DNA of 64,000 nt, from the NCBI GenBank assembly GCA_040219255.1, contig JAVJSW010000004.1:96001-160000 (forward strand), written 5' to 3'. This document shows positions 1 through 12,800 of the stretch, piece by piece. How positions within the stretch are numbered: the stretch's first letter is position 1; every line of letters starts with the position of its first letter. The position numbers and the translations under genes were made by a program. The stretch is from Sumerlaeia bacterium (GTDB lineage Bacteria; Sumerlaeota; Sumerlaeia; SLMS01; JAHLLQ01). The notes beneath the pieces were generated by a model that did not search any database, was not told where the DNA came from, and saw only the letters and a list, made by a program, of their open reading frames with translations.

Positions 1-207
1 CAGGAGTTCGGTCCAAAGGTGGGGATGGTACGAAGTTGGCTCTTAGGACCCGATCCGGGGCCAAGCGGAGGTTGACAGGCAACCCATGGCTTGTCTTACG
101 ATGCCGACCCGTGACGAGACGGAAAGCGGACTCGCGATATCCGTACTCGTTGCCGATGCCTCGCGTTGGCCCCAGAGACCAACCGACCTGGAGGAAACAG
201 CTCACCA

Positions 208-444
208 ATGGCCGATAAAGACGCCCGCCTTGAAGAAAACGTTTCTGGCGCCTTCTATGTGGATGACCAGTGCATTGACTGCGACGCCTGCCGTGCGACG
301 GCGCCGGACAATTTCCAGCGCAACGACGAAGCCGGATATTCGTACGTCTACAAGCAGCCCGCCGACGAGACGGAGTATCAACTCTGTATCGACGCGATGG
401 AGGGCTGCCCCGTGGAAGCGATCGGCAACGACGGCGAGGACTGA
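208..444 (+). CDS. Small single-cluster ferredoxin
   Basis: ATG at 208 downstream of GGAGG. Carries CIDCDAC...GCPVEAI (CxxCxxC...CP) and is acidic, 78 aa. Confidence 0.9.
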   Translation: MADKDARLEENVSGAFYVDDQCIDCDACRATAPDNFQRNDEAGYSYVYKQPADETEYQLCIDAMEGCPVEAIGNDGED

Positions 445-488
445 CCCCGCCGCCGGCTGACTTCCGCCATCCCCCCGACAGTTTCCAC

Positions 489-520
489 ACAGCCTCCGTC
501 TTGACGGCGGGGGCTGTTTT
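489..520 (+). terminator. Probable intrinsic terminator after the ferredoxin
   Basis: ACAGCCTCCGTC / GGCGGGGGCTGT stem with G-U pairs, followed by TTT. Confidence 0.5.
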
Positions 521-560
521 GTATTGGGTGCGAACCCACTTTTTCTGAGGACGAGCCGCC

Positions 561-1922
561 ATGCTTCCCTTGTTCGATTCCCATGCCCACCTGCAATCCG
601 CCAAGTTTGGTGCCGACCGCCAGCGTATCCTGGCCCTGGCCGATGCGATCGGGGTTCAGCGGGTCCTGAACCTGGCGACGCGGCTGGAAGATGCCGGCGA
701 TGTGTTGCGGATCGGCCGTGAAGTTCCCGCCGACTGGAGCCTGCGCTGCCTGACGGCGGTGGGGGTCCACCCGAGCGACGAAGCCACCTGGGATGACGCC
801 ACCGAGGCGGGTCTGCGGGAACTGGCCCAGGATCCAGACGTGGTGGTCTGGGGCGAAATCGGCCTGGATTATTACTGGCCAGTGGAGGATCGGGAGCGGA
901 TGCGGCGGGTTTTCCGGCGCCAACTGGCGATCGCCCGCGAACTGGGTCTGCCGGTGTCGATCCACAGCCGGGGCGAAGGCTGCTATGACGATGTGATCGC
1001 TGACCTGAAATCCGAGCGGGGGGCGGAAGTCGGCGGCGTGGCGCACTGCTATGTGGGAACGGCGGAGCAGGCGCGCGAGCTGCTGGATATGGGATTTTAC
1101 TTCGGCGTGGGCGGCATCGCGACCTATCCGAAGAACACGGGGGAACGCGAGGTTCTGAGAGTGATCGGGGCGGACCGGCTCATCGTTGAGACGGACGCGC
1201 CCTACCTCTCGCCCCAGCCCCGCCGCGGGCGGCGCAACGAGCCGTCCTACACGGCGTTCACGGCGCGGTCGCTGGCCGAGACGCTCGGTTTGACCGAAGA
1301 CGATCTGGCGGCACGGACCTGGAAGAACACGGTGGCGGCGTTCCGCCTGGGCGACGAGCATGCGATGCGCGGGTGCTGGGCCCGGGGCGAGGGGTTGCGA
1401 GTGGCGGTGTCTTGCCCCGCCGATCCGGGGTCGCCGGTGCCGGTGGAAGATCTGCTGGCCGCCATCGACCGGGCGGACGACGAGACAGGCGGGGCCTTGG
1501 GGGCGGCGGTTTTCGAAGCGGCGGGCCGGCCGCTCGCGCACCTGGAAACGACACGGGCGGCGGCGCGGCGGCTGAAGGAAAAAGGCCGGCCGGTGATCCT
1601 GGAAACGGATGGCCTGGCGGATGCGCGGGCGGGTGAAGCGGTGGAGCTTACGGCGCTGGGGGACTGCGTGGACGAGATCCGCGTTCCCTTCACCGGCCCG
1701 GACAAAGCGGTCTTCGACGCGGTGCATTATCCGGTGGACATGGATGGAGCCTTTGAGGCGGTGATCGCGTTTCTGGACCGGGTGCGCGAGTCGAGCTTGC
1801 CGCTGACGATCCGGGCGCTGGCGCTGGAGGGCGTCGACTTGGGCCCGGTGCGCCAGATGGCGGCGCGGATGAACGCGCGGCTGGAAGTGCGGGAGACTCA
1901 GGGGTCGGACGTGCCAGCCTGA
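561..1922 (+). CDS. tatD: TatD-family hydrolase fused to a degenerate TatD-associated radical-SAM-like domain
   Basis: DSHAHL, GVHP, GEIGLDYY, IHSR, HCY and ETDAPYL..RGRRNEP are TatD motifs. The C-terminal ~180 aa resemble the radical-SAM partner domain but lack CxxxCxxC. Confidence 0.9.
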   Translation: MLPLFDSHAHLQSAKFGADRQRILALADAIGVQRVLNLATRLEDAGDVLRIGREVPADWSLRCLTAVGVHPSDEATWDDATEAGLRELAQDPDVVVWGEIGLDYYWPVEDRERMRRVFRRQLAIARELGLPVSIHSRGEGCYDDVIADLKSERGAEVGGVAHCYVGTAEQARELLDMGFYFGVGGIATYPKNTGEREVLRVIGADRLIVETDAPYLSPQPRRGRRNEPSYTAFTARSLAETLGLTEDDLAARTWKNTVAAFRLGDEHAMRGCWARGEGLRVAVSCPADPGSPVPVEDLLAAIDRADDETGGALGAAVFEAAGRPLAHLETTRAAARRLKEKGRPVILETDGLADARAGEAVELTALGDCVDEIRVPFTGPDKAVFDAVHYPVDMDGAFEAVIAFLDRVRESSLPLTIRALALEGVDLGPVRQMAARMNARLEVRETQGSDVPA

Positions 1923-1934
1923 TTGTTCAACAAC

Positions 1935-3146
1935 TCAGTAATGTATGGTCTCGGCGCCCATGGCGGCGTTGGCTTCCTCGATGAGACGGCGGGCGCTCTT
2001 TCGCCAGTCGAACTTTTCGGCGCGCTTGAGTGCGGCTTGGCGGCGGGCTTCGACGTGGGGCCCGCCATCGAGGGTGGTGGCGATGGCTTCGGTCCATTCG
2101 TCGACGACGTTGGGATCGCAAAGGCGGGCGCAGGCGCCATCCTTGGTAAGCCATTCGAGGGTGGGAATGCGCGAGGCGACAAGGGGCGTGCCGCAGGCCA
2201 TGGCTTCGAGAGCGGGAAGGCCGAATCCTTCGAAGGTGGAGGGCTGGACGGCGACGTCGGCGGCGCGAATCCAGGCGGCGACATCGTAGCTGGTCTGAGG
2301 CTTGATGAATCGGACGCGGAGTCCGCCGGCGTGCTGGGCGAGGAGGTCTTCTTCCGATTGGGAGCCGCCTCCGACGAGGACCAATTGCGCGTCGCGCTCG
2401 ACGAGAGGATGGCGGCGCATGGCTTCGATGAGAAGACGGTGGTTCTTGCGGGGCTCGAGGCTGGCGACATAAACGATGACGGGGCGGTCGCGATCCGAGC
2501 CATCCGGCAGCCGTTCCTTTTCTTCAGGCTTGGCGGGATGAAAGAGGGCGGAGTCGGTGGCGTTGGGGACGACGCCGACGCGTTTGCGGTCGCGCATGAT
2601 GCGGGGCTGGCAGACGAGGGCGCGCACCCGCTTGGCGGAGGGAGGCGAGACGCTGACGACGCGCTCGGCGCTCTCGGCGCTCTGTGGAACCCAAGTGCGC
2701 AGGTACCATTCGAAGCGCTTAGGATAATTGCCCGGCACATCCCAGGCGATGGTGTCGTGGACGACGAGAACGCGCTTGAAGGGGCGCGGACCCCACGGGC
2801 AAATGAAGGCGGGCGAGACGAGAACGTCGCCCTTGAGGCGGCGCATGACGTCGTTGATGCCGAACTGGAGCCAGAGGTCGCCCTTGGGATGGTCTTCGTA
2901 GTCGGCGGTGATGTCTTCGACGCGGATGTTGCGCAGGCCATCGAAAACGCCCCGGGACCAGGGAGAGTGCTCGGCGACGGACTCGCTGAGGCGCAGAGCC
3001 GCGACGCGCCAGCCCATCTCCTCGGCGATGGCGTCGAGTCCTTGGAGAAGACCGGCGGTGAAATGGCCCACGCCAGCCGCGCGGGATCGAATCACCCGCG
3101 CGTCGACGACGAGTGTCTGGAGACTCTGACCGGGGGAACCAAACAC
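1935..3146 (-). CDS. Glycosyltransferase family 4 (GT-B fold)
   Basis: VASLEPRKN, PSTFEGFGLPALEAMACGTP and FDW motifs. Start codon uncertain. Confidence 0.9.
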   Translation of the reverse strand: MFGSPGQSLQTLVVDARVIRSRAAGVGHFTAGLLQGLDAIAEEMGWRVAALRLSESVAEHSPWSRGVFDGLRNIRVEDITADYEDHPKGDLWLQFGINDVMRRLKGDVLVSPAFICPWGPRPFKRVLVVHDTIAWDVPGNYPKRFEWYLRTWVPQSAESAERVVSVSPPSAKRVRALVCQPRIMRDRKRVGVVPNATDSALFHPAKPEEKERLPDGSDRDRPVIVYVASLEPRKNHRLLIEAMRRHPLVERDAQLVLVGGGSQSEEDLLAQHAGGLRVRFIKPQTSYDVAAWIRAADVAVQPSTFEGFGLPALEAMACGTPLVASRIPTLEWLTKDGACARLCDPNVVDEWTEAIATTLDGGPHVEARRQAALKRAEKFDWRKSARRLIEEANAAMGAETIHY

Positions 3147-3193
3147 GAGGCAAAGAGGCTTTCTGGGTCGAAAAGGTGGGAGGGGGCGCCGGA

Positions 3194-3664
3194 TTACCTG
3201 GCGGCGGGGACGAACTGGCCGATAAAGAGGTCGACGATGGCGCCGGGGGATTCGGCGGACCGCACCCGCTGGCGGAAGGATTCGTCCTTCAAGGCGCGGA
3301 CCAGGGTGCTGAGGACCTTAAGGTAATCGCCAGACTGGGATGAATGGCAGCCGATCATGACGACGATGTGAACGGGGAGGTCGTCGATCGCCTGGAAATC
3401 GACCCCCTTTTCGCTGATGCCGACGGCGACGACGAAGTCCTGGACGGAGGCGATCTTAACGTGGGGAACGGCGACACCGATGCCTACCCCGGTGGAGAGG
3501 GTCCGTTCGCGCTCGATGATTTTCTCGATCAACTCCCCCGGATCGAGAACGTTGTCACTGGTACCGAGGACGGTGCCGAGTTCGCGAAGGACGGCTTCTT
3601 TCTCGGTTGCCTGAAGTTCGATGACCCGGGTGGGGTGGAACATTTCGTGGGGAACGATCGGCAT
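3194..3664 (-). CDS. PTS EIIA (PtsN/fructose-type) domain protein
   Basis: RERTLSTGVGIGVAVPH phospho-His motif and GVDFQAIDDLPV. Start set at ATG 3664 (MPIVPH); the upstream extension overlaps the sulfotransferase. Confidence 0.88.
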   Translation of the reverse strand: MPIVPHEMFHPTRVIELQATEKEAVLRELGTVLGTSDNVLDPGELIEKIIERERTLSTGVGIGVAVPHVKIASVQDFVVAVGISEKGVDFQAIDDLPVHIVVMIGCHSSQSGDYLKVLSTLVRALKDESFRQRVRSAESPGAIVDLFIGQFVPAAR

Positions 3665-3850
3665 GGGAGAGGGGAACCGGTGAGCGGAGTCTCGCCGAGG
3701 TCGGAACCCCGGGGGCAGAGACATTGCGCGAAGTGGATGGCTCGGGTCAAGCCCTGGCAAATCGGGGCGAAAAAACGCATGACGCCCACTTGAGGCGCGT
3801 TCTAGAAAGAGCAGACTGCGCCAAGGATTGGCAGGAACAGGGAAGAAGCC

Positions 3851-4705
3851 ATGAAACTCCTCTTCATATCCAGCTTTTCGTACAGCGGGTCGACGATGCT
3901 GGACATGCTGCTCAGCGCGCATCCAAGGGTGGTGGGGTTGGGCGAGACCTATCAACTGATCGACCCGGAAACCCGGCGGAAGTTTCTCAAGGGGGCGGAC
4001 GAGAATCTTTGTAACTGTGGAAAGACCATGAGGGAGTGCCCGGTGTGGAGTCCCTTCGTGGCGTTCCTGCGTCAAAATGCGGGAAAGGAGATTCCCTTCG
4101 CCGAGTCGTACAATCGACTGATTGCCAGTGTCCGGGATGTGTATGGCGACGATGTGGTGATCGGCGATTCGTCGAAGTACCAGGTCCCTTTGAGATTGTC
4201 TCTGGAAAACCGGACGCGATTGGATGTGGAAAAAGTCTCGGTGATCCACTTGATTAAGGACGCCCGCAGTTTCGCCCTGTCATGGAAACGAAGCCACAAC
4301 CTGGGGCCGATCAGCGATCTCAAGGCTTTCCTGCTCTGGTTTCGCTTCAACAAGCAAATCGAATCGATCCTGCGGGCCCACGAGGTGGAGCCGATCCGCG
4401 TGGGTTATGAGGAGTTGTGCTTCTCGACGAGAACGATCCTGGAAATGATCTGTTTGGAAGTCGGACTCGAATTCGACGCGGCGATGCTCGATCTTTCCCG
4501 CAGCAAATCCCATATCGCGCTGGGAAACAGAATGCGCGTGCACGAGAAGAAATCCAAAAAGCTTTATTACGACAATCGCTGGTTCCTCGATAACAGCATC
4601 GGCTGGAAATACGCCATGCTGCCCTTTATCAAGAAGTACAACGAGGAGAAGGTGTACGGGAACACCATCGCGGGGGTGCGCGAAGGGCGTTTCGAACCCA
4701 AGTAG
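3851..4705 (+). CDS. Sulfotransferase-family protein
   Basis: SGSTMLDMLLSAHP..GE, DSSK, IHLIKDAR and RVGYEELC motifs. The gene is AT-richer than its neighbours. Confidence 0.8.
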   Translation: MKLLFISSFSYSGSTMLDMLLSAHPRVVGLGETYQLIDPETRRKFLKGADENLCNCGKTMRECPVWSPFVAFLRQNAGKEIPFAESYNRLIASVRDVYGDDVVIGDSSKYQVPLRLSLENRTRLDVEKVSVIHLIKDARSFALSWKRSHNLGPISDLKAFLLWFRFNKQIESILRAHEVEPIRVGYEELCFSTRTILEMICLEVGLEFDAAMLDLSRSKSHIALGNRMRVHEKKSKKLYYDNRWFLDNSIGWKYAMLPFIKKYNEEKVYGNTIAGVREGRFEPK

Positions 4706-4712
4706 CCCCTGC

Positions 4713-5003
4713 CTAGCTGAACAGCGCGGCGATCTTGGCGCGGGCGAACGCGGTGAGGGGGATGGTGGCGGCGGTGTGCAGGGCCTTGCTGGTCTTGGTG
4801 TCGCGGCCTCCGGCGGCGGCTCCGAGAAGGAAGCCGGCTCCGGCAACCACGCCAACGGTGGCTACCGGGTGTTTGCGGACGAAATCCGTGATGGGGGTGG
4901 CTTCTTCGCGGATTTTTTCGACGCTGTGGCGCATTTTTTCTTTCGCGCCGTCGCGCTCTTCTTCCAGATGGGTCAGGCGGCCTTTGTCGGGCATAACACT
5001 CAT
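4713..5003 (-). CDS. Small membrane-anchored protein (YqjK/DUF3618/ElaB-like)
   Basis: Helical N-terminus, then FVRKHP plus the TM segment VGVVAGAGFLLG. ATGA overlap with the upstream gene. Confidence 0.65.
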   Translation of the reverse strand: MSVMPDKGRLTHLEEERDGAKEKMRHSVEKIREEATPITDFVRKHPVATVGVVAGAGFLLGAAAGGRDTKTSKALHTAATIPLTAFARAKIAALFS

Positions 5004-5458
5004 AATTTCAACCTCTTGATAAGAAAAGTCAGAATGGCGGCAGCGAGCAGGTGAAGCCCCATCACGGCCATTGGCTGCAGAATTGGCAATTCGGGGAACA
5101 GGGCGGCGGTGCCTTGCCAGAGGGCCACGATGGCGAAACTCCAGGCGATGAGCAGACACATGGCGAGAACGATTCCTAGAGCGCCGCGCAAGGCGGCCAG
5201 CCGCGCGGTTTCCTGAGCGCGAAAGCGCAGCAGGGCTCCTTGCGCACGAAGGTAGTCAAGGGCGCTGCCGCCCAGAGTTCTGGCCTCGGCCTTGAGTGGG
5301 CTGAGTTGCCCTTGCAGGTCCCGGAAGTCGGCTTCCAGGCGATGAATGGCTTCTTCCAATTGGCGCGCGGCCAGTTCCTCCGCCGAGGGGGCGGAGCCAT
5401 TGGGTGGCTGTTGGGAGTGGGGCGGGGCCTGAAAGCGATGGTCTTCGGCGATGGTCAT
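5000..5458 (-). CDS. Two-TM membrane protein, YqjE/holin-like (DUF1469-type)
   Basis: Coiled N-terminus followed by two hydrophobic helices. Lies between two ElaB/YqjD-like genes, as in yqjDEK operons. Confidence 0.6.
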   Translation of the reverse strand: MTIAEDHRFQAPPHSQQPPNGSAPSAEELAARQLEEAIHRLEADFRDLQGQLSPLKAEARTLGGSALDYLRAQGALLRFRAQETARLAALRGALGIVLAMCLLIAWSFAIVALWQGTAALFPELPILQPMAVMGLHLLAAAILTFLIKRLKL

Positions 5459-5475
5459 GGGTGGCGATGGCTTCC

Positions 5476-5787
5476 TTAGTGGCGGCCGCCGCGGACATAC
5501 ATGCCGAAGAGGGCGCCGACGCCGGCGGCGATCAAGAGGCTCTTGCCCGGTTCGCGGCGGATGTATTCGCCGACGGAGCGTTCGACGTCCTTAAGGCTGG
5601 TATCGCCGTAGCGTTCATGCAGGTCGCGGGCCCGTTCGCTGGCCTGAACGGCTTTCTCGCGGGCCTGGGCGGCGATTTCCTCGGCGCGGTCGCGGCGGTC
5701 GCTATGGCCATTCACTTGGCCTGTCGGCTCGGGCGTCATCGGGTCCAGATCTTGAGCGTTGGGGGTGTAGTTCTCATGGGTACTCAT
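5476..5787 (-). CDS. ElaB/YqjD/DUF883-family tail-anchored protein
   Basis: YIRREPGKSLLIAAGVGALFG C-terminal signature. Confidence 0.8.
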   Translation of the reverse strand: MSTHENYTPNAQDLDPMTPEPTGQVNGHSDRRDRAEEIAAQAREKAVQASERARDLHERYGDTSLKDVERSVGEYIRREPGKSLLIAAGVGALFGMYVRGGRH

Positions 5788-5963
5788 ATGTTTACTTTCC
5801 TTTCGGCGGACGATTGGGTACCGCCCTCCCGGGGTATGGTTCCGGGCGCGGAAGAAGAGATTGTTGTCATCCCTCTGCTAACCAAGAAGCTTGCCAGCTG
5901 GGCCTCGGCAGTCCGCTTTTTCGTTGTCGTCCCCGGCCAGATGCGGGTTTGATCCGCGGCCTG

Positions 5964-7163
5964 ATGCGGCGCGACTTACTCGACCAGTTGGATTGTCCTC
6001 TCTGCCAGACCGGCGCCGGTCTGGAGGCACGCGTTTACGCCGAAGAGCCCGCCCCCGGCGGCTCAGCGGACATTGGGGAGGCGCTCCTGAGCTGCCCGGA
6101 ATGCGGGCGCTGGTGGCCGATTTCTGGGGGAGTCGCGGACTTGGTGCGCGACGCGTTGCGCGAGCCCGAGCGCGACGCCGCTTTCCTCGCGCGCCACGGG
6201 TTGTCGGATTCCCTCAGGTCGCCATCTGCCGAAATTTCGGCGGACGACCAGCGCATCCTCGATGAAGGCCGCCATTGGGGCGCGTTCATGCGGCGGTTCT
6301 GGGATGTGGGCGACCGGTCGATTTTCGACGTGCGGATCAAGGGCACCCACCCGCCCTATTACGTGGCAGGCGTCGCCGAGCCCGACGACCGCGACCACGA
6401 CCGGCGCTATGGCGTGTGGCCGGATCATCTGGGGGCGGTGGTGTTTCCCTGGCTGGGCCAGCACGCGGGGCGCTGGGGGGTCGAAGTGGGTTGCGGCGGC
6501 GGGCAGTACGGGCTCGAGGCGGCGCGCCAAGGCGTCCTGATGGCGAGCACGGATCCGAGTTTCGAGGCCCTCGAACTCGCCCGCCGCCACGCTCTGGAGC
6601 AAGGCGTGGCCATCGACTACCTGCGCGCCGAGCCCGCCCATCTGCCGTTCCGGCGCGGGCGGTTCGGGCTTCTGCTAGCCAAGGATTCCCTGCATCATGT
6701 GCCGGATTTAGAGGCGGTTTTTCCCCGGCTGGTGGCGCTGCTGACCGATGATGGCGAGTTCGGCTGCTACGAGCACATCGGCCTTTCGCCTTGGAAGCGC
6801 AAGCTGCTCGGCCGCCTCGCGCCCCGGCTGGTGGAGAAAATGCGGCGCCGCTGGCCGCTCAGCGACGTGCCGGAGGAACTGCTGCGAGACTCGGCAAACG
6901 AGGACGTTTCGATGGACGCGGTGGAGAAAGCGGTACGGACGCACTTCGAGCCTCTTGAGGAATTGGGCGAAATCTTCTTCTACTTCGAGTTCGAGCAGCT
7001 CATCCACTTCGCCTATGGCAAGCGGCGGTGGCTGACGCGGCTGGCGGGGACGGGGGCTTACTGGGCCGAGCGACTCCTGATGCGGCCGTTCCAGCCGGTG
7101 GAGCACTGGGCGTTTCACGGCCGGCGGAAGAATGCGGTGAACAAACGGGAGCCGGGAGCGTAG
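5964..7163 (+). CDS. Class I SAM-dependent methyltransferase with N-terminal Trm112-like Zn domain
   Basis: LDCPLC...LSCPECGRWWPISGGV, EVGCGGG, LPF and SLHHVPD motifs. Start at ATG 5964. Confidence 0.8.
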   Translation: MRRDLLDQLDCPLCQTGAGLEARVYAEEPAPGGSADIGEALLSCPECGRWWPISGGVADLVRDALREPERDAAFLARHGLSDSLRSPSAEISADDQRILDEGRHWGAFMRRFWDVGDRSIFDVRIKGTHPPYYVAGVAEPDDRDHDRRYGVWPDHLGAVVFPWLGQHAGRWGVEVGCGGGQYGLEAARQGVLMASTDPSFEALELARRHALEQGVAIDYLRAEPAHLPFRRGRFGLLLAKDSLHHVPDLEAVFPRLVALLTDDGEFGCYEHIGLSPWKRKLLGRLAPRLVEKMRRRWPLSDVPEELLRDSANEDVSMDAVEKAVRTHFEPLEELGEIFFYFEFEQLIHFAYGKRRWLTRLAGTGAYWAERLLMRPFQPVEHWAFHGRRKNAVNKREPGA

Positions 7164-7193
7164 GGTGAGAATCCACTCCGGGAGGTGACCCCC

Positions 7194-7623
7194 ATGACAC
7201 GCCAGGACCAACTGCATTATCTGTCCATCGCGCATATCGTTGCGGGGGCGCTGACTCTGATCTGCGGCAGTTTGCCGTTGCTGCATGTGGCGTTGGGGCT
7301 GGCGATGGTGGTGGCTCCCGAAACGATGACGGGAAACAATCCGAACGTCGAACCTCCGCCGGCTTTCATGGGGGTTTTCTTTGTGGGTTTCGGGCTGGTC
7401 GCCGTGGCTCTGGCCTGGGCGATGGGTCTGGCGATGTTGTTTTCGGGCAAGTTCATGCGCGAGCGGCGCCATCACATGTTCTGCTTCATCGTCTCGATTC
7501 TGATGTGTCTAAACATGCCCATCGGCACAATCATCGGGGTCCTGAGCCTGATGTGCCTGATCGACGATGAGACGAAGGCGGAGTTCGACTATCCCGGTCC
7601 GGGGGGACCGCCGAGGCCACCCG

Positions 7624-7652
<29 letters not shown>
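7194..7652 (+). CDS. Hypothetical integral membrane protein (3-4 TM)
   Basis: GGAGG RBS at 7181. Hydrophobic helices and a [12 protein letters not shown] motif. Confidence 0.75.
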
Positions 7653-9594
<1,942 letters not shown>

Positions 9595-9891
9595 GATGGC
9601 GAAGGGCGGTCTCTCGAGGTTGGGTCGGGGCGGCGCCTGAGCGAACGGGCACCGTGCCGCGTTGGTGTAGCGGGATGGAGGCCTGGGGTCTAGGACGTTG
9701 TTTCGGCGCGGCGCGGGCGCAAGTGGAGCCGATGAAGATTCGGTGAGGCGGGAAATCCGATTGTCGGATGTGATTCACGTCTGGAATAATTGGCGCCAGT
9801 TCGTTTGAAGAAATCCGATCGCGAGACCGTAGCCTTTCTTTAGCGACCGCTCAACGCCCAACCGTTTCCCGTTTCTGGAGAGGTTTCCCAC

Positions 9892-12800
9892 ATGAACGCC
9901 GCATCCGTTCGCACTTGCCTAGTGATCTTGACCTTGGCCGCCAGTTTCTGGCCCGCCGCGGCGAAGGCTCAGACGCCAGCCTCGGCCCGTATCACGGAAG
10001 GCCCCAAGAACAACGAAGCGCAGTTCATGGGCAAATCCGCCAATGACTATCCCGTTCTCCAGGTCGCCATCCAGAATCTGGAAACGGAACGCACCCTGAC
10101 CGTGACGCGCATGGTCTTCCAGGCCTCGGGCACGGGCAACGAGGCCACCGCCCTGGAAACGGACGGCGCCTGGCTGATCCACGATGAGGACGGCGACGGC
10201 GAGTTGAAGCGAGGCGCCGACGGCCTGCCCGCCGAACCGGTGCTGGGCATGACGGATTACGCGGCGGACGACGGCACCGTGGCCTTCACCTTCGACCCGG
10301 TGGAGATCGAGCCCGGCAAGAGCAAGAACTTCACACTGCTCTACAACATGAACGGCTCGGCCACCAAGGACCAGACCTTCCGCGTTTCCCTGGCGGCGCG
10401 AGAGGACGTGACGGCGGGCGTCAAGGACACCATCGACCCCGTGGAATTCCAGGACGGCGCCTTCCCGGTCCTGGGCCTGCAGAAAACCATCGGCAACGGC
10501 ACCATCACGATCACCGTGCTGCCCGACGACCGCGAAACGATCCCCTACTTCATGGCCGGTTCGCCCAAGAGCGAAGCCTTCCGCATCCGCTTCGAAAACA
10601 GCCGCGAAGAACGGGGCCTGCTGCGGGGCTTCTCCGTCACAGCAAGCGGGCCGCTCGATGAAGGGCTGGTGTCGGTGGTGGATGGGTTGCGGTTTTTGAA
10701 GCTGAAGGACGCCAGCACCGATCTGCCCGGGGACCTCGTCACTTCGAAGGATGTACTCTCGACGGCGACACTGAGCGAGGACAATGGCACGGCGACCTTC
10801 GAGCTGGCGGAGCCTGTCAGGCTGGCTCGGGGAGAAGTGATCGTCGGCGTGGTGACAGTGGAATTCGGCGTCGTACCGGAAGAGTACTTCCGGACAACGC
10901 GCTTCTTCATTCCCGAGTCGTCGGTTGTGGTCGAGGGCCTCGGCTCGGAACTGCCGCAGTTGCCGATCCTGGGCGAGGGGTTTTCGGGCCCGCCCAGGCC
11001 CTATCAGGGACTTGGGGTGAGTCTGGAGAACACCAGCCGCGTTTCCGGCGGGCCGGTCATCAAGGGCTCGCAAGACCTGCACGCGTTCGGAATCCAATTC
11101 CGAAACGATGCTTTCGACGACGCGACCTTTACCAGCGTCCGGGTGACGGCGAGCGGCAGCGTCAACGAAGTGGCGGAGTTGACCAAGGTGGAGCTGTGGC
11201 TCGATGGGGAGCGGGACAACGACCTGGAAGGCCCGGGGGACTTGCTCCTGGGGGCGAAGGCTTTTGAGGAGGACAACGGCTCAATCCTGTTCGACGGCTT
11301 CTCCGTCCAGAACCAGGCGAACAGGGCGAATCTCACGCTCATCCTGAGGGTCTCGCTGGCGGACACGATCGAAGAAGGCGAAACGATACGATTCCACGTG
11401 CAGGCCCAAGGCGACGTGATCGGCACGGGCGACAAGACGATAGCGCCGATCGTTCTGAAAAACGCGCCGCTGAACGGCCCCCAGTTCCGCGTCTCGGACG
11501 CGGGCATCATCCTGGTGGACGATCCGACTAACGGTTTCGCAAACGAAGAACGCGGTCCGGAAATCCCCCGCAGCGGCGACGACATTCTGCTTTGGAACTT
11601 CGTTGCGAAGCCCGATCCGGCGGAGCCGGTGCGCCTCGAGGAACTTAACATCCGTCTCGGGGGCTCGGTGGATCACTCCCTTTACATTCAGTCGGCGAAG
11701 CTCTATCAGGACGTCAGCCGACAAGGCAAGTTCGACCCCGACGCCAACAACGTCGTCATCGCGCAGATGGGCACTCCGGTGCGCGATGGTCTGCTGACCT
11801 TCCGGCCCGATCCACCGTTCCTGATGCCAAACAACCGGGACTTCGGGTTCCTGCTGGTGGTCGATCTGAAGGACGCGCCGCAAACGGTGTACGGAGAAAC
11901 CCTGCAATTCACGATCCCTGCCACGATGGACAACGGCGACCCGGGAATGAAGCTGATCGGCGAGTTGAGCCAAACGATCCGCCCGGTCCTGAACCTGCCG
12001 TTCGAGAGCGAGGAGAAGACGATTGTGCAGCCGAAGGTGACGGTGAAGCAGTTGAATATCCGGCCGCCGGGATTTGTGGTTCGTAATTGTATCAACAACG
12101 GAGAGGCGGGATTTCTACAGATCGAACTCACAAACAGCGATAGCGAAAGGATTCGCTGGGATTCGGTCCTCGTTGAGGGCACTTCATTCGATGGCCAGGC
12201 AGGCCTGGACCGGCATATCTACGATGTTTGGATTTTCAATGATCGAAACAAGGATTTTGAATATAACAATAATGACCGTGACATGGGATTCGCTCGGCCG
12301 TTGACCTTTTTCAATAGCGAAGGCAAGGCCCTGATCCCTGTCCGCCAGAAGCTGGATGACTATTATCGTTTCTTCGGCGATGATATTCCTGACTCCATCG
12401 ACCTAACGAGAAGAACGTCGTCGGTTTTCGTTCTCACTTATAGTATGCAGAGCCCGGTTCCTGTTCCAGTAGATAATTCGATCTGGTTTGACAGTGTAGT
12501 TCCTGAAAATGGACTTCGGTTTTTTGGGGATGATTCTGGTGATGAGGTCCTTGTCGAGGTTGTAACAGGAGTTGATCAGTCACTTCCGGGCCAGCGCGTT
12601 GTGGCGGGTAGCGGGGAAGCGACCATTACCAACCGCTCCAACCAGTTGGACACCACCTCCGACGAAACGGACTTCTACTTCACCCCAAGCGTTCCCAAAG
12701 AACTGACCCGAGTTTTCTTGGCTCAGGTCGAGACGGGTATTATTGAGCAATTGATCACCGCCTCCAGCAAACCACTTCGTTTCAAGATCATTCGTTCCGA

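Noticed and set aside
3665-4249. Apparent long N-terminus on PTS IIA
   Set aside because: Overlaps the sulfotransferase on the other strand and has no domain features.
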